Source: Candidatus Thorarchaeota archaeon
GTDB taxonomy: Archaea; Asgardarchaeota; Thorarchaeia; Thorarchaeales; Thorarchaeaceae
Direction: 5' to 3'
DNA: 14,935 nt
Assembly (NCBI GenBank): GCA_011364905.1
Contig: RDNZ01000056.1
Location: 1-14,935, forward strand
The position numbers were made by a program, and so were the translations under genes. Below the pieces are notes generated by a model, which saw nothing but the letters and a program-made list of their open reading frames with translations, was not told the origin of the DNA and made no database searches. Numbering within the stretch: position 1 is the stretch's first letter; every line of letters begins with the position of its first letter. Below, in pieces: positions 1-7,603 of the stretch.

Positions 1-2012
1 CTCTCTGACAGCTCCTTACGCTTTGAACGTGCCTGTGAAAGAAATGCACTCACGTCATCATCCCATGTTCCATCAGGTTTCAGAAGTCTCTGATAGAGGT
101 TTGATGTGTAGCCCCGAAAAGCGGTAGGTCTCATGCAGCGGATGTTTGCACCATAGGCAATCGCGCGGGAGGTAAGTTGAGATGCTATGATCTGGGCTGA
201 TTCCTCAGGGAGTCTAGATAATAAGACTCCGCTCTCACCAGTTTCGTCTAATCTGGCGAAAGTTGTTGGAGTGCTTGTCAGAAATTCGGATATAACAGAT
301 GTGACAGTTTCTTTCTCACCTTGCAGAATTACTGCTAAGGTGATTAATTTTGGATCCGACACCTCGTACATCAGTCTGATTATGTTGTGATTGATGAGAT
401 TCTTCAGGTGTCCACGGATCTCTCTCTTTTCTAATCCCAAACTAACAAGGTGTCCCGGTGTTTCTAGAGAAGATAGAATGACCCCCTCAGAAAAGAGATC
501 TACAACTCTGGCCTCACCCTTCGACATTGTATACATATCAGATGTTCCCCTGCCTCCAAAACGATTCATCAGTTTCCTGAATGTGCTCTTTTTTTCTAGA
601 GACTCGATGATTTGTTCAACTGGTATGTCCCAAGAGTTGGTTCTCTCATTGAACAAATCCAAATTCAAGCTTCTTGCCGACCAGAATACGCTTAGAACAC
701 CCGGCAAAGCTCTTCGAACGCGTTCAGCAGCTTTGAGCGGCAAAAGCATTACTTGGAGATGTGGAGGATTCTCGTTTAGGACTCCTAGCCGAGTAATGAA
801 CTTCATGTGTCTATGTGGCCATCTGTAAGCTGCACCAAGATAAACAAGTTCAACCAAACCTAGAGCTGATGTATCAACATATCCTCTAGCCATTAAATCA
901 TAAGACATCTCAGCGAACCGTCTTTTCCAAGCAGTTCTCGCCCTCCTGGCTGCACTCCTTGTGGTTGGTAATCCCAATATCAATCGTTTCGATTCATTCA
1001 GGTTTCTTGCTGATTTAACTGCGATATTCAACCAACTGGGGAGCAACTCAGCGCATTTGTGAACATATACAAACCAAGGGGCGCTTAAAATGGAATCAGA
1101 AACAGCGCGCTTTGGAGATTCGAGATGTCCTCTGGCAGCTAAAATCATGAGTTTCACATAAGATGGCCAATCCGTCTTGTCAGTCAGGTGCATCAAATGT
1201 CCTTGGATAAGACTTTCCAAGACAGTTGTTGAAGAGAATCTTGCTAGGTATGTCAGTGGATCCTCCCTGGGTAGTGTGTTTTGAATAACATAGGCAAGAA
1301 ATGCCATGAGCTCATCTCTGATTGAATCTGGAAATGAAGCAGGCACAACTTGAGTAAGAGTTTCTCTCATTGTCTTTCCCATCTGCAGACTGGGAATAGA
1401 AACATCCTTGACAAGCATAGATAGTTCTTGCCACGTTGGAGCAGGAGAATCCAATACACTTAGAATGTCATTTCTATCAGTAGTTCTTTTTGCCTCTGAT
1501 TCAGCTGGTGAAATTCGCTTGATTCTATAGTCATCTATTAGAGAAATCGCCTCCGCCTCATATGGTTGAATCAGAAGATTCTCAAATATCTTTGAAGTGC
1601 GTGGACTTGTGATTGTGAGCCAAAATTGATTGCTATTTTTCACTTTCTGAACAAAGTACAGCGCTTCGCTTCTTCCATTCAATAACCTGCCATAGAATCC
1701 AGAAGTCGAGGGAGGGAATACATCTTCAACTATTTGCCCTCCGGATTCCGTATACGGATGATGAATGACTAGAGTTGGTTTCAGTAGAACTTCGACGTTT
1801 TCTTCAATTGGTTTGGCAATACTCCGGCTCTCATTATCAAGGGAAATTCTCTCCATTACATCAAAGATTGTATTGCCAGATTTCTTGCCTGAAAAAATTT
1901 CGCCAGACTCTAGCTCGATAGTGACATCGTTGGTATCATATCTTATGACTCCTACTTCAAACTCGTCTGCTGTTTTCCGAACCTTTACAGAGAGTGTTGT
2001 AGAAGCAGTCAT
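1..2012 (-). CDS. Large hypothetical protein (at least 670 aa, 3'-truncated by the window edge); C-terminal half has two degenerate wHTH/Lrp-AsnC-like modules
   Basis: Hand-translated and open from ATG at 2012 (MTASTTLSVKVRKTADEFEVG...) to the window edge (...QARSKRKELSE) with no stop, which explains its absence from the ORF track. SD-like GGGGAG at 2020-2025 (minus strand). Lrp-linker-like 'RGYVDTSALGLVELVYL' and wHTH-like 'LGLEKREIRGHLKNLINHNII'. Confidence 0.9.
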   Translation of the reverse strand, partial: MTASTTLSVKVRKTADEFEVGVIRYDTNDVTIELESGEIFSGKKSGNTIFDVMERISLDNESRSIAKPIEENVEVLLKPTLVIHHPYTESGGQIVEDVFPPSTSGFYGRLLNGRSEALYFVQKVKNSNQFWLTITSPRTSKIFENLLIQPYEAEAISLIDDYRIKRISPAESEAKRTTDRNDILSVLDSPAPTWQELSMLVKDVSIPSLQMGKTMRETLTQVVPASFPDSIRDELMAFLAYVIQNTLPREDPLTYLARFSSTTVLESLIQGHLMHLTDKTDWPSYVKLMILAARGHLESPKRAVSDSILSAPWFVYVHKCAELLPSWLNIAVKSARNLNESKRLILGLPTTRSAARRARTAWKRRFAEMSYDLMARGYVDTSALGLVELVYLGAAYRWPHRHMKFITRLGVLNENPPHLQVMLLPLKAAERVRRALPGVLSVFWSARSLNLDLFNERTNSWDIPVEQIIESLEKKSTFRKLMNRFGGRGTSDMYTMSKGEARVVDLFSEGVILSSLETPGHLVSLGLEKREIRGHLKNLINHNIIRLMYEVSDPKLITLAVILQGEKETVTSVISEFLTSTPTTFARLDETGESGVLLSRLPEESAQIIASQLTSRAIAYGANIRCMRPTAFRGYTSNLYQRLLKPDGTWDDDVSAFLSQARSKRKELSE

Positions 2013-2106
2013 TCAAAGGCTCCCCTGATGAGTAGCCAGTCTTGGTGACAATTGCATTTTAGAGTTATTATTAATCAATACAGATAGGAAAGAAATGAAT
2101 CCGACT

Positions 2107-2258
2107 ATTAGACCAACAAAAGAAACCGGAAGCTCCAGAAAAGTAGTCGTTACCGTCCTTGTTTTGGGACGACCTGGTTTTGTCAGGATTATTCAAAATC
2201 CGTTTTTGAATCAGCGGTTCCATGGTTCAGGATCGCTTTCTTGTGGACTTGGTCTCAT
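2107..2258. other. Candidate structured RNA or inverted-repeat element in intergenic DNA
   Basis: Outer stem AGACCAA-CAAAAGAAA (2110-2125) pairs with TTTCTTGTG-gac-TTGGTCT (2237-2255) and encloses five abutting hairpins, including the perfect ATTCAAAA-n5-TTTTGAAT (2191-2211). Folded by eye only. Confidence 0.3.
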
Positions 2259-2422
2259 TGTGTTTCACTAGCAACTTATCGTCACTACTCGATGTGTGCA
2301 CACAATCATAACTCGGGCTAATTTGGAACACCTGAGATGAAGAAAACTAATCACACTCGCTGGAAATCACCTGGATTTTTAGGGGTCTTTATTTGGATTG
2401 CCAAACACAAGTCTTGAAACCA

Positions 2423-3004
2423 CTATCTTTTGTTGTCTATTGTTGAAATCTCATCGATTTGCATGGCATCTGGATTATGGCTCCCTTTGGGCTCTATTCC
2501 CAAGCACACCTCGCCGCTTATTCCAATACCAAAACGCTTGCAGACATCTTTCAGAGTTGAAATCGCAGTCTTGGTCCAACCTGAAACATCTAGCTCTCCC
2601 GGACATGCCACTTCTCGTACCATAATGCTGAAGGGCTTTACATGCTCTGCAGTGAGAATTCTAGCAACCATTGATAGGACATATTTTCTCTCATCGTTTA
2701 ATGATTTGGCATAGACAAGAATCAGCCGATCAACAGCATCTGGTGTTCCCAACACCACAAGTGCATCTATTCCTAAGAGCCAACGCTCATAGTCCTCAGA
2801 GGATAGAAGTGTTTCACAGTAATCCATGAGCGATGTGTCCTTTCTTCGAGCTAGTTCCAATAGCGCCGGTTTTTTGAGAATCAAATGGACCTTCTCATCC
2901 TCAAGAAGATTCCACAGCCGCGCACTGTCGACGTCAACATAAAGAGGGGTGTGGTATTCTATGTGGGAAGGCGCGGACAGTAAGCGCAGCTGTGGCTGGG
3001 TCAT
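2423..3004 (-). CDS. Hypothetical protein (193 aa), possible HEAT/PBS-lyase-like helical repeat
   Basis: ATG-started ORF filling the gap. TATA-like TTAATA (3027-3032, minus strand) lies about 23 nt upstream, a leaderless-type spacing. 'LLGIDALVVLGTPDAVDRLILVY...ERKYVLSMVARIL' resembles a HEAT-like repeat. Confidence 0.7.
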   Translation of the reverse strand: MTQPQLRLLSAPSHIEYHTPLYVDVDSARLWNLLEDEKVHLILKKPALLELARRKDTSLMDYCETLLSSEDYERWLLGIDALVVLGTPDAVDRLILVYAKSLNDERKYVLSMVARILTAEHVKPFSIMVREVACPGELDVSGWTKTAISTLKDVCKRFGIGISGEVCLGIEPKGSHNPDAMQIDEISTIDNKR

Positions 3005-3115
3005 GCAGTCCGGTATGGACAGTTGCTATTAAGGTCGTACAACCGAAGGTCAATTGGATATCTTTTTATGAGAACAATTCGGACGCACAATAAGCTCTGA
3101 ATAGAGGAAAAGAAG

Positions 3116-3277
3116 ATGCCTGGTTCACACGGTTCATTGACAAAAGCTGGGAAAGTTCGTGAATCCACGCCTAAAGTGCAGGGGCGTGAGAGACACACAC
3201 CAATTCCCCGTGTACGTAACAAGAGGAACTATGTCAAAAGGTTCGTCAAAGGTCAAACAATCGGAGTCCGAAAGTAA
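3116..3277 (+). CDS. rps30e: 30S ribosomal protein S30e (eS30), 53 aa
   Basis: Hand translation [53 protein letters not shown] carries the S30e signature HGSLxKAGKVRxxTPKV...YxKRF. Below the apparent ORF-track length cutoff. Confidence 0.97.
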   Translation: MPGSHGSLTKAGKVRESTPKVQGRERHTPIPRVRNKRNYVKRFVKGQTIGVRK

Positions 3278-3286
3278 TCCGATATC

Positions 3287-3319
3287 CTGATCGAAGGTTG
3301 TTTCTAACCTACGAATCAG
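3287..3319. terminator. Hairpin between convergent rps30e and pyrK (putative terminator or stability element)
   Basis: CTGAT-CG-A-AGGTTG-tttc-TAACCT-A-CG-A-ATCAG gives about 13 bp with one mismatch, one bulge and one G-U pair, filling most of the 44-nt gap. Confidence 0.45.
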
Positions 3320-3321
3320 AG

Positions 3322-4146
3322 TCAGAACCTCTTTTTCACACCCATTTCATTACGGTGATATTTTCCAAACTCCGATATTTTCAACAGACTTTCTCCCGAA
3401 TACACTGGGCCATCCAGGCACACAAGAGACCCGGTTGGATCAAGTGCGCAAGTCCCGCAAATACCACAACCACACTTCATCACACGCTCAAGAGAAGCCT
3501 GAAATGTCATTCTGAAACCCTTGATCATGTTAAGAAGGTTGTACATCATTAGCTCCGGGCCACAAGTATACAACGAATCGAACTCATTGCTATTTAGAAT
3601 CTCTCTCGTTGCCTCTGTGGCCAGACCTTTGAAACCTATTGAGCCGTCCTCAGTTGCAGCGCTCACAATCAATTCTCTGTCTGAATGTTTTGAGAACTCC
3701 TCCCAAAATACAAGTTCATGCTCATTCTTAGCTGCAATCAACACGGTGACACCTGAATGCCTTTTTCGGAGGCTGTAAATCAGTGGTTTCAATGGTGCCA
3801 TTCCTACTCCTCCCCCCACAACAAGAGCTTTCTGCGACTCAAGGGTGAATGATGTTCCAAATGGGCCTCTAATCCCAATCCAATCATTTGGTTGAAGCGA
3901 AGCAAGTGACTCTGTTGCCTCCCCAATTGGCAATACAGTGACTCCAACACTGGGTGGTTCCCACAACGAAATACTCATTGGAACCTCGTCAATCCCAGGT
4001 ACCCATACCATCAAGAACTGACCGGGTGCAAACGCAAAGTAGGGTTTATTGATTTGAAAAACAACTGTCACTGCACTCCTATTCTCTCGATGTATCTTTG
4101 AAACTCTCACGGAATGCGGGTTTCCTATGAGATCTTCCAATCTCAT
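3322..4146 (-). CDS. pyrK: Dihydroorotate dehydrogenase electron transfer subunit (FAD, [2Fe-2S])
   Basis: Motifs PGQFLMVW, EVPMSIS, RGPFG, GGGVG, CGPELM and the C-terminal CGCGICGTC...VC Fe-S motif. Start placed at ATG 4146 (ATGA overlap with the pyrD stop, GGAGGT SD upstream) rather than TTG 4161. Confidence 0.95.
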   Translation of the reverse strand: MRLEDLIGNPHSVRVSKIHRENRSAVTVVFQINKPYFAFAPGQFLMVWVPGIDEVPMSISLWEPPSVGVTVLPIGEATESLASLQPNDWIGIRGPFGTSFTLESQKALVVGGGVGMAPLKPLIYSLRKRHSGVTVLIAAKNEHELVFWEEFSKHSDRELIVSAATEDGSIGFKGLATEATREILNSNEFDSLYTCGPELMMYNLLNMIKGFRMTFQASLERVMKCGCGICGTCALDPTGSLVCLDGPVYSGESLLKISEFGKYHRNEMGVKKRF

Positions 4147-5018
4147 GGAGTAGACCTCCAAGAAGCCCCAACAATCTCTGACACGTTTCTAAAACCCATC
4201 TCTTTCAGATAGTCCTTAACCCCCTCTTTCACCCTTGAGAATACATCTAGGCCTTCCACGACTGCCGTTCCAATCTGGATTGCATCAGCACCAGCAAGAT
4301 GCATCTCAATAGCATCTTCCCAAGTTGTAACGCCTCCAACACCAATTACTGGGACTGTCAAGGATTGACTTAGGTCATAGACACATCTCACTGCAACAGG
4401 GAAGACCGGATGCCCTGACAGACCTCCAATCTTGTTTCCTAGGACTGGTCGTATCTGGTGAATGTCAATCTTCATTCCGCGTAGAGTGTTTATGGCCACC
4501 ACAGCGTCAGCACCACCATCTTCCGCAGCTTTTCCAACTGCAACGATATCTGATGCATTGGGCGTGAGTTTGGCAAATACTTGACAATCAACGACCTCTT
4601 TGACTGATGATACATACCTGCGGGTCAAATCTGGGCTATGTGCAATCTGACCAATCTCTGCATGAGGACAAGAAAGGTTGAGTTCAATTGCGGCTGGTTT
4701 GAACTGGACACTTTTGCGCGCCACTTCAACGATTTCTTCGATAGTGTTCCCGAAAATGCTGAGGATGACAGGAACTCTCTTACTCTTCAGGAGTTCCATC
4801 TCCTCTCCAAAAGCGTCAATCCCAGGGTTTGCCAATCCCACTGCATTTAGAAGCCCTCCATGAGAGGTTGCAAGAATTGGTCCTGAATATCCTTTTCGAG
4901 GGTGTAAACCGATTGATTTTGTAACCACAGCATCTGCCCCCGATTCAACTACTCGCTCTATGGTAGCAGCCGTGACTCCTAGAATTCCGGACGCCAACCA
5001 ATAACCCCGTATCTTCAA
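4143..5018 (-). CDS. pyrD: Dihydroorotate dehydrogenase family 1B catalytic subunit
   Basis: Motifs LASG, VTKS, NAVGLANPG, ELNLSCPH (catalytic Cys), AKLTPN, INTL, GGLSG, GVGG, QIGTA; adjacent to pyrK. TTG start with AGGTG SD just upstream, and an in-frame TGA further upstream limits extension. Confidence 0.96.
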   Translation of the reverse strand: MKIRGYWLASGILGVTAATIERVVESGADAVVTKSIGLHPRKGYSGPILATSHGGLLNAVGLANPGIDAFGEEMELLKSKRVPVILSIFGNTIEEIVEVARKSVQFKPAAIELNLSCPHAEIGQIAHSPDLTRRYVSSVKEVVDCQVFAKLTPNASDIVAVGKAAEDGGADAVVAINTLRGMKIDIHQIRPVLGNKIGGLSGHPVFPVAVRCVYDLSQSLTVPVIGVGGVTTWEDAIEMHLAGADAIQIGTAVVEGLDVFSRVKEGVKDYLKEMGFRNVSEIVGASWRSTP

Positions 5019-5036
5019 TCTGGCACCTTGTGATAG

Positions 5037-5059
5037 ACTGACTAATGGTCAGTAATAAG
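5037..5059 (-). promoter_or_regulatory. TATA-like box plus adjacent palindrome upstream of pyrD
   Basis: TTATTA (5054-5059, minus strand) is immediately followed, in the pyrD direction, by ACTGAC-n5-GTCAGT (5037-5053). Confidence 0.35.
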
Positions 5060-5135
5060 CTAGATGGAGCTAGTACGACAAACTTATCCGGAGTACAATA
5101 TTCTCAGCTCTAGGCTTTAACAGGATGAGTTCAAA

Positions 5136-6365
5136 ATGCCAGCCTATCTCACACTTAGCGTATTTGGTGTCTTTGTTCTGGACGAAGACGGGAAAGTGAT
5201 TTCAGAACATTTGTTCTATCCCGATGCCGATCTGGCGGCAACCGCTCTTCTAGCTGTCAGTAACGAGGAACTAACTAAGGATATTGAGAACAGCGTAGTA
5301 GAGCTGGAGGGTAAAGAAATCATTGTAGAAGATGCTGTCTTTGCAAGAGCCATTTCTCAGGTCAAGGGGAGTACTGTTCGAGTTGAGGAAGGTGGGGCTC
5401 CAAGATGGTTTAGAGATAATCATGATAACTATTTGATTGAGCAAAAGATTGTACCGTCACGTGAAGATATTGCTCTATTCAGACGCGAGGTTTCAATCAC
5501 TTTAGCTAAGAATAAAGTGAGCGCAGCAAGTGAGGAAAAAGACCTTCTCATTAAGAATGCAATAGATGCCGTAGATGAGATTGACAAGTCATTCAACGTC
5601 TTGGTCATGCGTTTGAGAGAGTGGTATTCACTTCATCATCCATCTCTAGGCAGATTGATTGAAGATCAAGAAATATTCGCTAAGATTTTGAGTGCTTGCG
5701 CTGGGAAATCCGACATTTCTAGGGACTGCCTACAGTCTGCCGGGGTCCCTGATTCGTTAGTAGAACAGATCTTCAAGGCACTTCCTGGAGATATTGGTGC
5801 GGATTTGCAGGACTCCGATTTTGTTGTGATTTCTAATCTTGCTAAGAGTACAATGAATCTGTACCAAATGAGGAGCGAGCTTGAGAGCTACATCTCTATA
5901 ATGATGGAATCTGTGGCACCAAACATCGGAGCATTAGCGGGACCCATGATTGGGGCACGACTGATTAGTCTGGCTGGTTCATTGAAAGAGTTGGCAAGAA
6001 AACCATCTAGCACAATTCAGGTCTTTGGCGCTGAGAAGGCTCTTTTCAGAAGTCTGAAGACAGGTAGTGATCCTCCAAAACATGGCATCATTTATCGAAT
6101 TCCTGAAGTGAATAGTGCACCATATTGGCAAAGAGGGAAAATTGCAAGGGCCATAGCTGGAAAACTCTCAATTGCTGCAAGGATAGATGCCTACTCTGAG
6201 AAAGATGTAGGTGAAGATTTGAAGGGGCAGTTTATCTCAAGACTGGAGGAGATCCGCGCCCAGAATCCTAATGCCCCTCCTCCTAAACCTTCCAAACCCA
6301 AACCTGAACAGAGGAGGAAACCTGAACGAAAGCGACGCTCAAAGAAAAGACGTGGAGGTCATTAA
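5136..6365 (+). CDS. nop5: Box C/D sRNP scaffold protein Nop5 (Nop56/58)
   Basis: Motifs RLREWYSLHHP, APNIGALAGPMIGARLI, PSSTIQVFGAEKALF, PPKHGIIY, RGKIARAIAGKLSIAARID; basic C-terminal tail; directly upstream of fibrillarin. Confidence 0.97.
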   Translation: MPAYLTLSVFGVFVLDEDGKVISEHLFYPDADLAATALLAVSNEELTKDIENSVVELEGKEIIVEDAVFARAISQVKGSTVRVEEGGAPRWFRDNHDNYLIEQKIVPSREDIALFRREVSITLAKNKVSAASEEKDLLIKNAIDAVDEIDKSFNVLVMRLREWYSLHHPSLGRLIEDQEIFAKILSACAGKSDISRDCLQSAGVPDSLVEQIFKALPGDIGADLQDSDFVVISNLAKSTMNLYQMRSELESYISIMMESVAPNIGALAGPMIGARLISLAGSLKELARKPSSTIQVFGAEKALFRSLKTGSDPPKHGIIYRIPEVNSAPYWQRGKIARAIAGKLSIAARIDAYSEKDVGEDLKGQFISRLEEIRAQNPNAPPPKPSKPKPEQRRKPERKRRSKKRRGGH

Positions 6366-6366
6366 G

Positions 6367-7065
6367 ATGACGAAAGTCACGCCTCACAAGTTCGCTGGAG
6401 TGTACTCTGTTGAAGACAATGATCGTACATCGCTTTGCACAGAATCACTTACTCCAGGAATCAGTGTCTATGGTGAGAAGCTCATTGACTATGAGGGGAA
6501 AGAATTTCGAGTCTGGTCCACCCGAAGATCGAAATTATCTGCGGCAATCAGGAATGGGCTTGGAGAGATGCCAATTCAGCCCGGTTCAAGAATCCTCTAC
6601 CTTGGAGCTGCATCTGGGACAACTGTAAGCCACTGTTCGGACATCGTAGGCAGTAGCGGTGTAGTGCATGCAGTTGAGTTTTCAGAGCGAACTGCAAGAG
6701 AGCTAATTCATCTCGCTTCATCCAGAAATAACATAGTCCCAATAATCGATGATGCTAGGCATCCAACAAGATATGTTTCTGTAGTTACTGGACCAATAGA
6801 GGTAGTCTACCAAGATGTTGCACAACCAAACCAAGCGGAGATTCTCTATGAAAACCTCAAGACCTTCTGCTCATTTGGAGCATGGGGAATGCTTGCAATT
6901 AAAGCCAGGAGCATTGACTCAACTGCAGGTCTCGATGAGATTTACAGCAACGAAATAGCAACTCTGGACAGACTTGGTCTTCAAATTGAGGATAACATAG
7001 ATTTGAGCCCTCTAGAGAAGGATCATCGATTCATAGTCTGTCGTGTCACGGAGGAACTAACTTGA
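6367..7065 (+). CDS. flpA: Fibrillarin-like rRNA/tRNA 2'-O-methyltransferase
   Basis: Motifs VYGEK, RRSKLSAAI, LYLGAASGTTVSH, AVEFS, DARHP, DVAQPNQ, KARSIDS. True start is ATG 6367 (SD GGAGGT at 6354-6359); the track's 6271 start overlaps nop5. Confidence 0.97.
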   Translation: MTKVTPHKFAGVYSVEDNDRTSLCTESLTPGISVYGEKLIDYEGKEFRVWSTRRSKLSAAIRNGLGEMPIQPGSRILYLGAASGTTVSHCSDIVGSSGVVHAVEFSERTARELIHLASSRNNIVPIIDDARHPTRYVSVVTGPIEVVYQDVAQPNQAEILYENLKTFCSFGAWGMLAIKARSIDSTAGLDEIYSNEIATLDRLGLQIEDNIDLSPLEKDHRFIVCRVTEELT

Positions 7066-7523
7066 GCAAGTTCTTGGACAAGATGATTGAACACGACATT
7101 GACACATTAAATGATCATCTGCCTGAATCACGAGTCGCTCTAAGCGAGTTGATTGGAATAGATTCTCCAAGATTCAAGACACGGATTGGAGAAACATCCG
7201 TCTTCCGAGTCGAAGAGATTGAGCAGCTTCTACTGGAAGTACCAAAGGAGTTCTATTCAGATATTAGACTACCAATTGTTGTTCTGAGAAGAATGGATTA
7301 TGGTGAAGGCATTTACACAGTTGCAGGAAATAAGACCGAGCTATTCATGGTCCACCGAATCATAGGATATGTTGACCTAGAATGGAAGGATTTTACCAAA
7401 TGGAAACCTATCGAACGATTGGCGAGACCACACGTTCAAATATTGAGACGGAAACTACCATCAACGACCACTATTGGTATTGGCATATCATCGAAGGATA
7501 GGTCTGGCCTGAAAACAACCTGA
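7062..7523 (+). CDS. DUF61/UPF0216 family protein
   Basis: LNDHLPESRVALSELI, IRLPIVV and HVQILRRKLPSTT match the DUF61 pattern as I recall it. TTG start overlaps the flpA stop (TTGA) with a GGAGG SD upstream. Confidence 0.8.
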   Translation: MSKFLDKMIEHDIDTLNDHLPESRVALSELIGIDSPRFKTRIGETSVFRVEEIEQLLLEVPKEFYSDIRLPIVVLRRMDYGEGIYTVAGNKTELFMVHRIIGYVDLEWKDFTKWKPIERLARPHVQILRRKLPSTTTIGIGISSKDRSGLKTT

Positions 7524-7603
7524 TTCCTTCCTATCCGAAACAAAATTTCACTATTAGATATGCTGAAAAAGGTTCGAAATAGAAGAAAATCTGGTAAACT
7601 CTG

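Noticed and set aside
187-2028. Plus-strand ORFs 187..390, 391..828 and 1765..2028
   Set aside because: Antisense shadows of the long minus-strand CDS; no motifs.
2025-2060. CTGATGAG resembling a hammerhead core or box C
   Set aside because: No stem II followed by GAAA and no properly spaced box D; it abuts the SD of the minus-strand gene.
2107-2258. Minus-strand ATGA at the base of a stem as a possible eukaryote-like SECIS
   Set aside because: The opposite strand reads TAAT, so the tandem GA/GA quartet is missing, and the upstream gene has no in-frame TGA.
2332-2343. CTGA-G-ATGAAGA resembling D'/C' boxes of a C/D sRNA
   Set aside because: No box C upstream or box D downstream at guide-length spacing.
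3001-3222. 73-aa minus-strand ORF with several Cys
   Set aside because: Antisense to rps30e and its promoter.
6271-6366. N-terminal extension of fibrillarin in the ORF track
   Set aside because: Alternative frame of the Nop5 tail; a strong SD precedes ATG 6367.
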